DNA of 64,000 nucleotides from NCBI RefSeq assembly GCF_988242995.1, contig NZ_OZ547043.1; one strand, 5' to 3'. Shown piece by piece: positions 44,205 to 54,264 of this stretch (position 1 is its first letter; each line of letters starts with the position of its first letter). The notes under the pieces were generated by a model. It saw only the letters and a program-made list of their open reading frames with translations, ran no database searches and was not told where the DNA came from. The position numbers and the translations under genes were made by a program.

Positions 44205-44917
44205 TTGTGCACAGAAAACCCCCAGCTAGGCTGGGGGTTCCGGAAAGCTTTCAGCTTTGAGCCAGTTATTAAAACCCCTTTTGATTTGTTAAAACACCTT
44301 GCGGTCTGGCAACTGCAAGTGTCAAACAAGAAATCAAAAGGGGGTCCCAATGGGGGACGAAAAGAGCTTAGCGCACACCCGCTGGAACTGTAAATATCAC
44401 ATAGTTTTTGCGCCGAAATACCGAAGACTGGCGTTTTACGGAGAGAAGCGTAGGGCGATAGGCAGTATTTTGAGAAAGCTGTGTGAGTGGAAAAGCGTAC
44501 GGATTCTGGAAGCAGAGTGCTGCGCAGATCATATCCATATGCTTGTGGAAATCCCACCCAAAATGAGCGTATCCGGCTTTATGGGATATCTGAAAGGGAA
44601 AAGCAGTCTGATGCTTTACGAGCAGTTTGGGGATTTGAAATTCAAATACAGAAACAGGGAGTTCTGGTGCCGAGGGTACTATGTCGATACGGTGGGTAAG
44701 AACACGGCGAAGATACAGGACTACATAAAGCACCAGCTTGAAGAGGATAAAATGGGGGAGCAGTTATCGATTCCATATCCGGGCGGCCCGTTTACGGGCC
44801 GTAAGTAACGAAGTTGAATGCAAATGTCAGATCGTATGCGCCTGTTAGGGCGCGGCTGGTAACAGAGCCTTACAGGCGCATTTGAAAAACCTCCGGCTAT
44901 GCCGGAGGATATTTATT
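44205..44917 (+). mobile_element. IS200 copy 3 (about 713 bp), a slightly divergent variant
   Basis: Same ends as copies 1 and 2, but its TnpA differs at five residues (N3D, Q26L, V27A, R31G, S147G), with matching nucleotide differences. Confidence 0.85.
44350..44808 (+). CDS. tnpA: IS200 transposase TnpA (152 aa), HUH motif intact
   Basis: MGDEKSLAHTRWNCKYHIVFAPKYRRLAFYGEKRRAIGSIL...ADHIHMLVEI... Confidence 0.85.
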   Translation: MGDEKSLAHTRWNCKYHIVFAPKYRRLAFYGEKRRAIGSILRKLCEWKSVRILEAECCADHIHMLVEIPPKMSVSGFMGYLKGKSSLMLYEQFGDLKFKYRNREFWCRGYYVDTVGKNTAKIQDYIKHQLEEDKMGEQLSIPYPGGPFTGRK

Positions 44918-44946
44918 AACAACTGCATGGAGTGACTGGAGATAAG

Positions 44947-45486
44947 ATGACTGAAACGATAAAAGTAAGCGAATCACTTGAATTACATGCTGTTGCAGAA
45001 AATCACGTCACACCTCTTTATCAGTTAATCTGTAAAAATAAAACCTGGTTACAGCAGTCGCTAAACTGGCCGCAGTTTGTTCAAAGTGAAGAGGACACGC
45101 GAAAAACGGTGCAGGGCAATGTAATGTTGCATCAACGCGGATATGCCAAAATGTTCATGATTTTCAAAGAAGATGAACTTATCGGCGTTATCTCGTTTAA
45201 TCGTATTGAACCACTGAATAAAACCGCTGAAATCGGCTACTGGCTGGACGAATCTCATCAGGGGCAGGGGATCATTTCTCAGGCGCTGCAGGCATTGATT
45301 CATCATTACGCCCAGTCTGGTGAACTTAGACGCTTCGTGATCAAATGTCGGGTGGACAATGCGCAAAGCAACCAGGTCGCTTTGCGCAATGGTTTTATCC
45401 TTGAAGGTTGCCTGAAACAGGCTGAGTTCCTGAATGATGCCTATGATGATGTGAACTTATACGCGCGTATTATCGATTCACAATAA
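44947..45486 (+). CDS. rimL: Ribosomal-protein-L7/L12 serine N-acetyltransferase (GNAT)
   Basis: ORF from 44932; start set at [20 protein letters not shown] (179 aa). Confidence 0.9.
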   Translation: MTETIKVSESLELHAVAENHVTPLYQLICKNKTWLQQSLNWPQFVQSEEDTRKTVQGNVMLHQRGYAKMFMIFKEDELIGVISFNRIEPLNKTAEIGYWLDESHQGQGIISQALQALIHHYAQSGELRRFVIKCRVDNAQSNQVALRNGFILEGCLKQAEFLNDAYDDVNLYARIIDSQ

Positions 45487-46458
45487 CCCTGCCAGTGGCG
45501 TTCGCGTAATGCGCTCTTCGCCGTTAATGACTTTTGGACCACGGACATGAACCGTGTCGCCATCAAAGGCTTCAACGACGGCGTGGTCGGTTAACTCCAC
45601 ATGGTTTTCAATTATCACCGCACCTGTAATACGGCTCTCACCTTGTATGACAACGTGCTCGTCGAGCAGAATCGGTCCGCCACATACCACGGCATTTCCG
45701 CCAATCAAAACATGATGTTTTAACACACAATTACCTTCCACAATGGCATATTCCGCCACCTGCGAACTGTAATGAATCGTCGGAATGGCATCTTCTTCTA
45801 TGCCAGCTTTCACCTGCGCGTGACCGTAGACTTTAGCGCAATCGCATAGCCAGACGTTGTTCTCTTCATTACCTTCAACGCTGGCAAAATCAAAAACTTC
45901 GGCGCGATGTTCAATAAAAGCATACCGGACGACGGCATCGCCATAAATTTGTGCCTGGTGAACAATACGCGAGGCGCTAACCCTTGCGCGATCATAAATT
46001 TGTAGCAGGAGTTGATGGTCGGGCGTTAAGCCTTGTGCGGCGACGATCATAGAATGTTGATCAATTAAGGCGTGACCAAATATTCTACATTGACCACAAA
46101 CTAATGAGTCACGAATGGTGACGCTGTCACTTATATATGCACCCTGGCTGATTTCACTATTATCGATCCAGACATTATCCGTTGCGTAAACCTCTCCCCA
46201 CAGCACGCTGGTGCCGGTGATACGCGTATTCCCGGATATCACCGTTCCGCCGAACGCAATAGCATTCTGGTCGTAAATCCAGCAATTTCCTTCCTGTGCT
46301 AACACCGTTTCGCGATCGATCCAGCCGCCAGCGGTTCCTGCTATCACATCGTTAAAATCGCTAATGGCGATAATCTGCCGTAATAACACACTTTTTTTAG
46401 TGCCATCTTCCTGATAACTAAAGGCTCGCTGTTCTTCACTTAGACGATATTTGCGCAT
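45478..46458 (-). CDS. ydcK: Hexapeptide/beta-helix repeat protein YdcK
   Basis: 326 aa; repeated left-handed beta-helix motifs; 3' end overlaps rimL by 9 nt (convergent). Confidence 0.88.
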   Translation of the reverse strand: MRKYRLSEEQRAFSYQEDGTKKSVLLRQIIAISDFNDVIAGTAGGWIDRETVLAQEGNCWIYDQNAIAFGGTVISGNTRITGTSVLWGEVYATDNVWIDNSEISQGAYISDSVTIRDSLVCGQCRIFGHALIDQHSMIVAAQGLTPDHQLLLQIYDRARVSASRIVHQAQIYGDAVVRYAFIEHRAEVFDFASVEGNEENNVWLCDCAKVYGHAQVKAGIEEDAIPTIHYSSQVAEYAIVEGNCVLKHHVLIGGNAVVCGGPILLDEHVVIQGESRITGAVIIENHVELTDHAVVEAFDGDTVHVRGPKVINGEERITRTPLAGLL

Positions 46459-46581
46459 AGCGTTTTCCCACAGGTGACTTACTATAACCGTAGCAAATTC
46501 TGCGGCTCTGGCTATGCTCGAGAAAATTCCATAAAATGCATTTCAAATATACTTTATAAATTAAACAAAATGAGTAAGAAG

Positions 46582-47574
46582 ATGCAGAGCGATAAAGTGC
46601 TCAATTTGCCGGCAGGCTACTTTGGTATTGTGTTGGGGACGATAGGGATGGGATTTGCCTGGCGCTATGCCAGCCAGGTTTGGCAGGTCAGCCACTGGTT
46701 AGGGGATGGGCTGGTGATTCTGGCGATGATCATCTGGGGATTATTGACTAGCGCATTTATTACCCGACTCATACGCTTTCCGCATAGCGTGCTGGCGGAA
46801 GTTCGCCATCCAGTGCTGAGCAGTTTTGTGAGTTTGTTTCCGGCAACGACGATGCTGGTGGCGATTGGTTTTGTTCCGTGGTTTCGCCCACTGGCGGTGT
46901 GCCTGTTCAGTTTTGGTGTCGTGGTGCAACTGGCTTATGCCGCATGGCAAACTGCGGGATTATGGCGCGGATCTCACCCTGAAGAAGCTACCACGCCTGG
47001 ACTGTATCTGCCGACAGTTGCCAACAACTTTATCAGCGCAATGGCCTGTGGTGCGTTGGGCTACACCGACGCCGGTCTGGTGTTTTTAGGCGCAGGCGTT
47101 TTCTCATGGCTAAGCCTTGAACCGGTGATCTTGCAGCGTCTGCGCAGTTCGGGAGAATTACCCACGGCGCTGCGGACATCACTCGGCATTCAGCTCGCTC
47201 CTGCGCTGGTGGCCTGTAGTGCCTGGCTGAGCGTCAACGGCGGCGAGGGTGACACGCTGGCGAAAATGCTTTTCGGTTATGGACTGCTGCAACTGCTGTT
47301 TATGCTACGTCTGATGCCATGGTATCTCTCCCAGCCATTTAATGCTTCATTCTGGAGTTTCTCGTTCGGCGTATCTGCACTGGCAACCACCGGTTTGCAT
47401 CTGGGGAGTGGCAGCGATAATGGATTTTTTCATACGCTGGCGGTGCCGCTGTTTATCTTTACCAATTTTATTATTGCAATACTGCTCATCCGTACTTTTG
47501 CGCTTCTGATGCAGGGAAAATTGTTAGTCAGAACCGAGCGCGCCGTTTTAATGAAAGCAGAGGACAAAGAATGA
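46582..47574 (+). CDS. tehA: Tellurite resistance protein TehA (TDT family membrane transporter)
   Basis: ORF from 46474; start set at [30 protein letters not shown] (330 aa); about 10 TM helices. Confidence 0.9.
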   Translation: MQSDKVLNLPAGYFGIVLGTIGMGFAWRYASQVWQVSHWLGDGLVILAMIIWGLLTSAFITRLIRFPHSVLAEVRHPVLSSFVSLFPATTMLVAIGFVPWFRPLAVCLFSFGVVVQLAYAAWQTAGLWRGSHPEEATTPGLYLPTVANNFISAMACGALGYTDAGLVFLGAGVFSWLSLEPVILQRLRSSGELPTALRTSLGIQLAPALVACSAWLSVNGGEGDTLAKMLFGYGLLQLLFMLRLMPWYLSQPFNASFWSFSFGVSALATTGLHLGSGSDNGFFHTLAVPLFIFTNFIIAILLIRTFALLMQGKLLVRTERAVLMKAEDKE

Positions 47575-48164
47575 TCATTCGTGATGAAAACTATTTTACT
47601 GATAAATATGAATTAACCCGCACACACTCTGAAGTGCTGGAAGCGGTGAAAGTGGTTAAACCGGGTAAAACGCTGGATCTGGGCTGTGGCAATGGTCGTA
47701 ACAGTCTTTACCTGGCAGCCAATGGTTATGATGTTGACGCATGGGATAAAAATGCCATGAGTATCGCCAACGTCGAGCGCATTAAGTCCATTGAAAATCT
47801 GGATAATTTACACACCCGGGTCGTTGATCTGAATAACCTCACATTTGATGGACAGTACGATTTTATTATTTCGACTGTGGTGCTGATGTTCCTTGAGGCT
47901 AAAACCATCCCAGGGCTGATTGCCAATATGCAACGTTGCACTAAACCTGGCGGTTACAACCTGATTGTGGCGGCGATGGATACCGCTGATTATCCATGTA
48001 CCGTCGGCTTCCCGTTTGCCTTCAAAGAGGGGGAATTACGTCGATATTACGAAGGCTGGGAGATGGTGAAATACAATGAAGACGTCGGCGAGCTGCACCG
48101 CACCGACGCCAACGGTAATCGTATTAAACTGCGTTTCGCCACGATGCTGGCACGTAAAAAATGA
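47571..48164 (+). CDS. tehB: Tellurite methyltransferase TehB (SAM-dependent)
   Basis: 197 aa with SAM-binding [15 protein letters not shown] motif; start overlaps the tehA stop. Confidence 0.92.
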   Translation: MIIRDENYFTDKYELTRTHSEVLEAVKVVKPGKTLDLGCGNGRNSLYLAANGYDVDAWDKNAMSIANVERIKSIENLDNLHTRVVDLNNLTFDGQYDFIISTVVLMFLEAKTIPGLIANMQRCTKPGGYNLIVAAMDTADYPCTVGFPFAFKEGELRRYYEGWEMVKYNEDVGELHRTDANGNRIKLRFATMLARKK

Positions 48165-48466
48165 TCCGGTAAGAACAAAGCGCGTGAAAATTCCCCACGC
48201 TGAGATGGTTTACTGTTCTTCTTTTCGGTAAGCATATTTTTTATCGAAGGGATGTGAAATTAATCACAGTAGTCGAAGTTTTTTAGCCGCTTAACTTACT
48301 GAAATTTAACTACTGATGATTGACTTAGCCCCTTTTTCGGCATTGACTATGTCGTCTGAAAAGGGGCTAAAAAATTTATTTTCACCAACACTTTTTTTGC
48401 CACAACACGAAGCGGCGCTTTTTGCTATAACTTAGAAAGTAATATAATCATCTCAGGAAACTATTC

Positions 48467-49135
48467 ATGCGTACCACATCATTTGCGAAAGTTGCAGCTT
48501 TATGCGGCTTGTTGGCTCTGTCTGGTTGTGCCTCTAAAATCACCCAGCCAGATAAATATTCTGGTTTTTTAAACAATTACTCTGATTTAAAAGAAACAAC
48601 CTCAGCAACAGGTAAACCTGTTTTACGTTGGGTAGACCCGAGTTTTGATCAAAGCAAATATGACAGCATCGTCTGGAACCCAATCACTTATTATCCGGTA
48701 CCGAAACCTTCAACCCAGGTAGGGCAGAAAGTTCTGGATAAAATTTTGAACTATACCAACACCGAAATGAAAGAAGCGATAGCGCAGCGTAAACCACTGG
48801 TTACCAACGCTGGGCCGCGTAGTCTGATTTTCCGTGGGGCCATTACCGGTGTAGATACCAGCAAAGAAGGGCTGCAATTCTATGAAGTGGTTCCTGTTGC
48901 ATTAGTGGTTGCGGGGACGCAAATGGCTACAGGCCACCGTACCATGGATACTCGCCTCTATTTTGAAGGTGAGCTGATTGATGCAGCGACTAATAAACCG
49001 GTTATCAAAGTCGTTCGTCAGGGCGAAGGTAAAGACCTGAATAACGAAAGTACGCCAATGGCTTTCGAAAATATTAAACAAGTTATTGATGACATGGCGA
49101 CCGATGCCACCATGTTTGACGTTAACAAAAAGTAG
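48467..49135 (+). CDS. ydcL: Lipoprotein YdcL (DUF3313)
   Basis: 222 aa with lipoprotein signal MRTTSFAKVAALCGLLALSGCAS (lipobox LSGC). Confidence 0.88.
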   Translation: MRTTSFAKVAALCGLLALSGCASKITQPDKYSGFLNNYSDLKETTSATGKPVLRWVDPSFDQSKYDSIVWNPITYYPVPKPSTQVGQKVLDKILNYTNTEMKEAIAQRKPLVTNAGPRSLIFRGAITGVDTSKEGLQFYEVVPVALVVAGTQMATGHRTMDTRLYFEGELIDAATNKPVIKVVRQGEGKDLNNESTPMAFENIKQVIDDMATDATMFDVNKK

Positions 49136-49169
49136 TTCCAGACGCGCCATCGTTAGATGGCGCTTTTTA

Positions 49170-50342
49170 TTATCGGTTTCTGTTAGCGATTAAATTCAAC
49201 ACCACGTAACAAACGCCTCCGGCAATTAATCCCCAAAACGCAGAACCAATCCCGACCAGCGTCAATCCACTTGCCGTTACCAGAAATGCCACCACCGCCG
49301 CGTCGCGCTCACGCTCATTATGCAGCGCCTGATACAAACTGCCGCCAATGGTACTCAACAGCGCCAGACCTGCCAGCATCTGGATCCAACTTACGGGCAG
49401 GGCAGCCATCATCCCGGTAATGGCACTACCAAACAGACCTGCGAGCAAATAGAAAATGCCTGCAACGGCAGCGGCCAGCCAACGTTGATCTTTATCCGGA
49501 TGCGCTTCCGGGCTTTGGCAAATAGCCGCGGTGATTGCCGCAATACCGACGGAATAAACGCCGAAAGGGGAAAAAACCAGTGCCAGCAATCCAGTAAATA
49601 CAATTAATGGCGAAACAGGAGCTGAATATCCGGCGGCTTTCATTGCTGCGATACCCGGTGCGTTTTGCGATGCCATCGTCACCAGAAAAAGGGGGAGTGC
49701 AACGCTCAGGCTGTGAGCAAACGAAAAATCAGGGCTAATATAAGTGGGGAGAACGGGTTTAAAGACAACATCAGTTGTGACAACGTCACCTTGCGCGATA
49801 ACGATCACGACCCCAATAATCATCGCGGCAATTACCGCATAGCGCGGCGCAACGGCCTTGGTTGCCAGCCATACCAGCAACATACCTCCACACAACGTAG
49901 ATTGACCATCCAGACTGGCAAACGCCTGTAAACCAAAGCGTAATAAAATCCCGGCAAGCATTGCCGCCGCAAGCGAGTGCGGAATAATGCGCATCAGACG
50001 AGCAAAGAGTCCCGTTATGCCGCAGAGGACTATTAACGCGTTGGTGACAATAAAAACGCCGATGGCTTCGTTAAGTGTTAGTCCCTGTAATCCGGTGACC
50101 AACAAAGCCGCGCCAGGCGTTGACCATGCGGTGAGAACAGGTACGCGATACCATAATGTCAGAGTCAGCGTACTGACGCCCATTGCCAGCCCCAGCGCCG
50201 TCATCCAGCCAGAGATTTGTGTAGTGGTGGCTCCGGCGACAATCGCTGCTTGCCAGATTATTGCCGCTGAACTGGCGTAGCCAATTAATACCGCCAGAAA
50301 CCCCGCCAGTAGCGTGGGTGGAGGAATAGAAAACAGACGCAT
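49170..50342 (-). CDS. ydcO: BenE-family membrane transporter YdcO
   Basis: ORF 49170-50465; start set at MRLFSIPPPTLLAGFLAVLIGYASSAAI; polytopic membrane protein. Shares a hairpin terminator (about 49144-49168) with convergent ydcL. Confidence 0.85.
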   Translation of the reverse strand: MRLFSIPPPTLLAGFLAVLIGYASSAAIIWQAAIVAGATTTQISGWMTALGLAMGVSTLTLTLWYRVPVLTAWSTPGAALLVTGLQGLTLNEAIGVFIVTNALIVLCGITGLFARLMRIIPHSLAAAMLAGILLRFGLQAFASLDGQSTLCGGMLLVWLATKAVAPRYAVIAAMIIGVVIVIAQGDVVTTDVVFKPVLPTYISPDFSFAHSLSVALPLFLVTMASQNAPGIAAMKAAGYSAPVSPLIVFTGLLALVFSPFGVYSVGIAAITAAICQSPEAHPDKDQRWLAAAVAGIFYLLAGLFGSAITGMMAALPVSWIQMLAGLALLSTIGGSLYQALHNERERDAAVVAFLVTASGLTLVGIGSAFWGLIAGGVCYVVLNLIANRNR

Positions 50343-50433
50343 AGTCACCTCGTGCGTTATAACGTACAGGTACCGTAGCATTTGTCCGTTATAACGCACA
50401 AGTGATAAACTTCCGTTTTGCCGGAGGAGTCGC

Positions 50434-50970
50434 ATGGAAAATCTCGCTCGCTTTTTATCCACCACACTTAAACAACTACGTCAGCATCGCGGCTGGAGTC
50501 TTTCGCGACTGGCAGAAGCGACGGGCGTTTCTAAAGCGATGTTAGGGCAGATTGAGCGTAATGAATCCAGCCCGACGGTCGCGACATTATGGAAAATTGC
50601 CACCGGGTTGAACGTGCCATTTTCAACATTTATTTCTCCGCCGCAGTCCGCTACGCCTTCAGTTTATGATCCACAACGGCAGGCGATGGTGATCACTTCG
50701 CTGTTTCCTTATGATCCACAACTCTGCTTTGAACACTTCTCGATTCAGATGGCACCTGGTGCAATAAGTGAATCGACGCCCCATGAGAAGGGAGTAATCG
50801 AACATGTTGTCGTCATTGATGGGCAACTTGATCTGTGCGTTGATGGTGAATGGCAGAGCCTTAATTGTGGAAAAGGCGCTCGATTTGCTGCAGACGTTAC
50901 GCATGTCTATCGTAATGGTGGGGAGCAAATCGTACATTTTCATTCCCTCATCCATTACCCGCGCAGTTAA
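50434..50970 (+). CDS. ydcN: XRE-family HTH + cupin-domain transcriptional regulator YdcN
   Basis: 178 aa, N-terminal HTH (LRQHRGWSLSRLAEATGVSKAMLGQIERNESSP) and C-terminal cupin. Confidence 0.88.
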   Translation: MENLARFLSTTLKQLRQHRGWSLSRLAEATGVSKAMLGQIERNESSPTVATLWKIATGLNVPFSTFISPPQSATPSVYDPQRQAMVITSLFPYDPQLCFEHFSIQMAPGAISESTPHEKGVIEHVVVIDGQLDLCVDGEWQSLNCGKGARFAADVTHVYRNGGEQIVHFHSLIHYPRS

Positions 50971-51042
50971 GCGGGAAAACTATTTCGCAACGTCGCGCTT
51001 GTGGCTAAAATAGCCGCCATTTTTCAGCTACTGGATAAGAAA

Positions 51043-53004
51043 GTGACCGTATCTTCTCATCGTCTTGAACTGTTAAGTCCGGCACGCGATGCCGCCATTG
51101 CCCGCGAAGCTATTTTGCACGGTGCCGATGCTGTTTATATCGGCGGCCCTGGTTTTGGTGCCCGTCATAATGCCAGTAATAGCCTGAAAGATATTGCCGA
51201 ACTGGTGCCATTTGCCCATCGTTATGGTGCAAAAATTTTCGTCACGCTTAACACCATTTTGCATGATGATGAGCTGGAACCTGCGCAACGGCTGATTACC
51301 GACCTCTACCAGACCGGCGTCGACGCGCTGATTGTTCAGGATATGGGGATTCTGGAACTTGATATTCCGCCGATTGAACTGCACGCCAGTACGCAGTGCG
51401 ACATTCGTACAGTAGAAAAAGCGAAGTTCCTCTCTGATGTTGGCTTCACGCAGATTGTGCTGGCGCGAGAGCTGAATCTTGAGCAGATCCGCGCGATTCA
51501 CCAGGCCACGGACGCGACCATTGAATTCTTTATTCATGGCGCACTGTGCGTGGCCTATTCGGGTCAGTGCTACATTTCTCATGCGCAAACAGGGCGTAGC
51601 GCCAACCGTGGCGATTGCTCGCAGGCGTGCCGTTTGCCATACACATTGAAAGACGATCAGGGGCGGGTGGTTTCCTATGAAAAACATCTGCTGTCGATGA
51701 AAGATAACGATCAGACTGCCAACCTCGGCGCGCTGATTGATGCTGGCGTACGCTCCTTCAAGATTGAAGGGCGTTACAAAGATATGAGCTACGTGAAGAA
51801 TATCACCGCCCATTATCGCCAGATGCTGGATGCCATTATTGAAGAACGTGGCGATCTGACGCGTACTTCATCAGGTCGTACTGAACATTTCTTTGTTCCA
51901 TCGACGGAAAAGACTTTCCACCGTGGTAGCACAGATTATTTTGTGAATGCCCGTAAAGGCGATATTGGCGCGTTCGATTCGCCGAAATTTATCGGCCTGC
52001 CGGTGGGTGAAGTATTGAAAGTGGCGAAAGATCATCTCGATGTTGCCGTCACCGAACCACTGGCAAATGGCGATGGCCTGAACGTGATGATTAAACGTGA
52101 AGTCGTCGGCTTTCGTGCCAATACGGTCGAGAAAACCGGAGAAAATCAGTACCGCGTCTGGCCCAATGAAATGCCAGCAGAGTTGCACAAAATTCGCCCG
52201 CATCACCCACTAAATCGTAATCTTGATCATAACTGGCAGCAGGCACTGACAAAAACATCCAGCGAACGTCGGGTGGCGGTAGATATTGAACTGGGCGGCT
52301 GGCAGGAACAACTGATTCTGACCCTCACCAGTGAAGAGGGTGTCAGCATCACGCATACGCTGGACGGGCATTTCGACGAAGCCAATAACGCCGAAAAAGC
52401 AATGAACAATCTAAAGGATGGTCTGGCAAAACTGGGGCAAACCCTCTATTACGCCCGCGATGTGCAAATTAATTTGCCCGGGGCGCTGTTTGTACCAAAC
52501 AGTCTGTTAAACCAGTTCCGCCGTGAAGCCGCCGACATGCTGGATGCTGCACGTCTTGCCGGTTACCAGCGGGGCAGCCGTAAACCGGTTGCTGATCCTG
52601 CGCCGGTTTATCCGCAAACGCATCTGAGTTTCCTCGCGAACGTATACAACCAGAAAGCGCGTGAATTTTATCATCGCTACGGTGTGCAGCTGATTGACGC
52701 GGCGTATGAGGCACATGAAGAGAAGGGCGAAGTCCCGGTGATGATCACTAAGCATTGTCTGCGCTTTGCCTTCAATCTGTGCCCGAAACAGGCGAAAGGC
52801 AATATCAAAAGCTGGAAGGCGACGCCAATGCAACTGGTTAACGGCGATGAAGTATTAACGCTAAAGTTCGATTGTCGCCCATGTGAGATGCACGTCATCG
52901 GCAAAATTAAAAATCACATTCTGAAAATGCCGTTACCGGGAAGTGTTGTCGCCTCCGTAAGTCCGGATGAGCTGCTGAAAACATTGCCGAAGCGAAAAGG
53001 GTAA
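51043..53004 (+). CDS. ydcP: Peptidase U32-family protein YdcP (RlhA, implicated in 23S rRNA C2501 hydroxylation)
   Basis: Long ORF from 51001 (GTG); start set at the GTG giving about 653 aa; conserved Cys-rich region. Start codon choice uncertain. Confidence 0.85.
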   Translation: MTVSSHRLELLSPARDAAIAREAILHGADAVYIGGPGFGARHNASNSLKDIAELVPFAHRYGAKIFVTLNTILHDDELEPAQRLITDLYQTGVDALIVQDMGILELDIPPIELHASTQCDIRTVEKAKFLSDVGFTQIVLARELNLEQIRAIHQATDATIEFFIHGALCVAYSGQCYISHAQTGRSANRGDCSQACRLPYTLKDDQGRVVSYEKHLLSMKDNDQTANLGALIDAGVRSFKIEGRYKDMSYVKNITAHYRQMLDAIIEERGDLTRTSSGRTEHFFVPSTEKTFHRGSTDYFVNARKGDIGAFDSPKFIGLPVGEVLKVAKDHLDVAVTEPLANGDGLNVMIKREVVGFRANTVEKTGENQYRVWPNEMPAELHKIRPHHPLNRNLDHNWQQALTKTSSERRVAVDIELGGWQEQLILTLTSEEGVSITHTLDGHFDEANNAEKAMNNLKDGLAKLGQTLYYARDVQINLPGALFVPNSLLNQFRREAADMLDAARLAGYQRGSRKPVADPAPVYPQTHLSFLANVYNQKAREFYHRYGVQLIDAAYEAHEEKGEVPVMITKHCLRFAFNLCPKQAKGNIKSWKATPMQLVNGDEVLTLKFDCRPCEMHVIGKIKNHILKMPLPGSVVASVSPDELLKTLPKRKG

Positions 53005-53053
53005 AACGCCAGTTTTCTGGTTACTCACAACTTATTGAATCTGCATGATATTG

Positions 53054-53087
53054 TTGGCCGGGTAAGGCGTCACGCCGCATCCGGCAA
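53054..53087. repeat. REP (repetitive extragenic palindromic) element
   Basis: ttggccgggtaaggcgtcacgccgcatccggcaa matches the REP consensus family (gccggatgcggcgtgaacgccttatccggcc-like), between convergent ydcP and yncJ. Confidence 0.7.
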
Positions 53088-53095
53088 TAAATGAC

Positions 53096-53326
53096 TCAAC
53101 GTTGTCCCGCTTCTGGTTTGCGCGATTTTTGCCAGTAAAAATGCTCGCGCAAACCTTCCGCCGACTCTTCCGCCACAGCACGCAATTCATCGCTGTCCGC
53201 TTCATGACGCAGTTGATGATCCACATTCTTTACCCACATAAATTCATGTCCTTTGTGCCCTGCCATGAGTTGTCCTGAGAACAGCGCACACGTTAATAAG
53301 ACAACCGATAACGCCTTCGTAAACAT
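53096..53326 (-). CDS. yncJ: Secreted DUF2554 protein YncJ
   Basis: 76 aa with signal peptide MFTKALSVVLLTCALFSGQLMA. Confidence 0.85.
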   Translation of the reverse strand: MFTKALSVVLLTCALFSGQLMAGHKGHEFMWVKNVDHQLRHEADSDELRAVAEESAEGLREHFYWQKSRKPEAGQR

Positions 53327-53547
53327 CCTGCCACCTTTTTCTTACCTTTTGCCGCTATGATGCCGATCGTTTCTTGAGGTTATTATTCAGTTTTGCAAAT
53401 TAGCGCAAAGAAATTCTGGAATCTTCCTTCCTGATTTTGCATTGCATTCTGCCGTTGCGGCGATTTAGTGCTATTTTCGAGCACATTACACACGGAGGTA
53501 AACACTAATGTTTACTTTGTTGATATACTCAGCGGCAGGGAGGCGAT

Positions 53548-53724
53548 GTGAAACAAAGCGAGTTCAGACGTTGGCTCGAATCTCAGGGCGTCGATGTAGC
53601 GAATGGCAGCAACCATTTAAAACTCAGGTTTCACGGGAGGCGCAGTGTCATGCCGCGTCACCCCTGCGATGAGATTAAAGAACCATTGCGTAAAGCAATC
53701 CTGAAACAACTCGGTTTGAGTTAA
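53548..53724 (+). CDS. hicA: HicA mRNA interferase toxin (type II TA)
   Basis: GTG-initiated 58 aa VKQSEFRRWLESQGVDVANGSNHLKLRFHGRRSVMPRHPCDEIKEPLRKAILKQLGLS; found by manual translation. Confidence 0.85.
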   Translation: MKQSEFRRWLESQGVDVANGSNHLKLRFHGRRSVMPRHPCDEIKEPLRKAILKQLGLS

Positions 53725-53769
53725 TCGCCAATTAAAAAGGTTAATGACATGCGAGAGACAGTCGAAATT

Positions 53770-54186
<417 letters not shown>

Positions 54187-54264
54187 TAACAGTTAATGAA
54201 AAGTTGTCATTTTTAACAACTGATATAGACTGCCGAATCACCTGCACATAATAACGATTCGATA

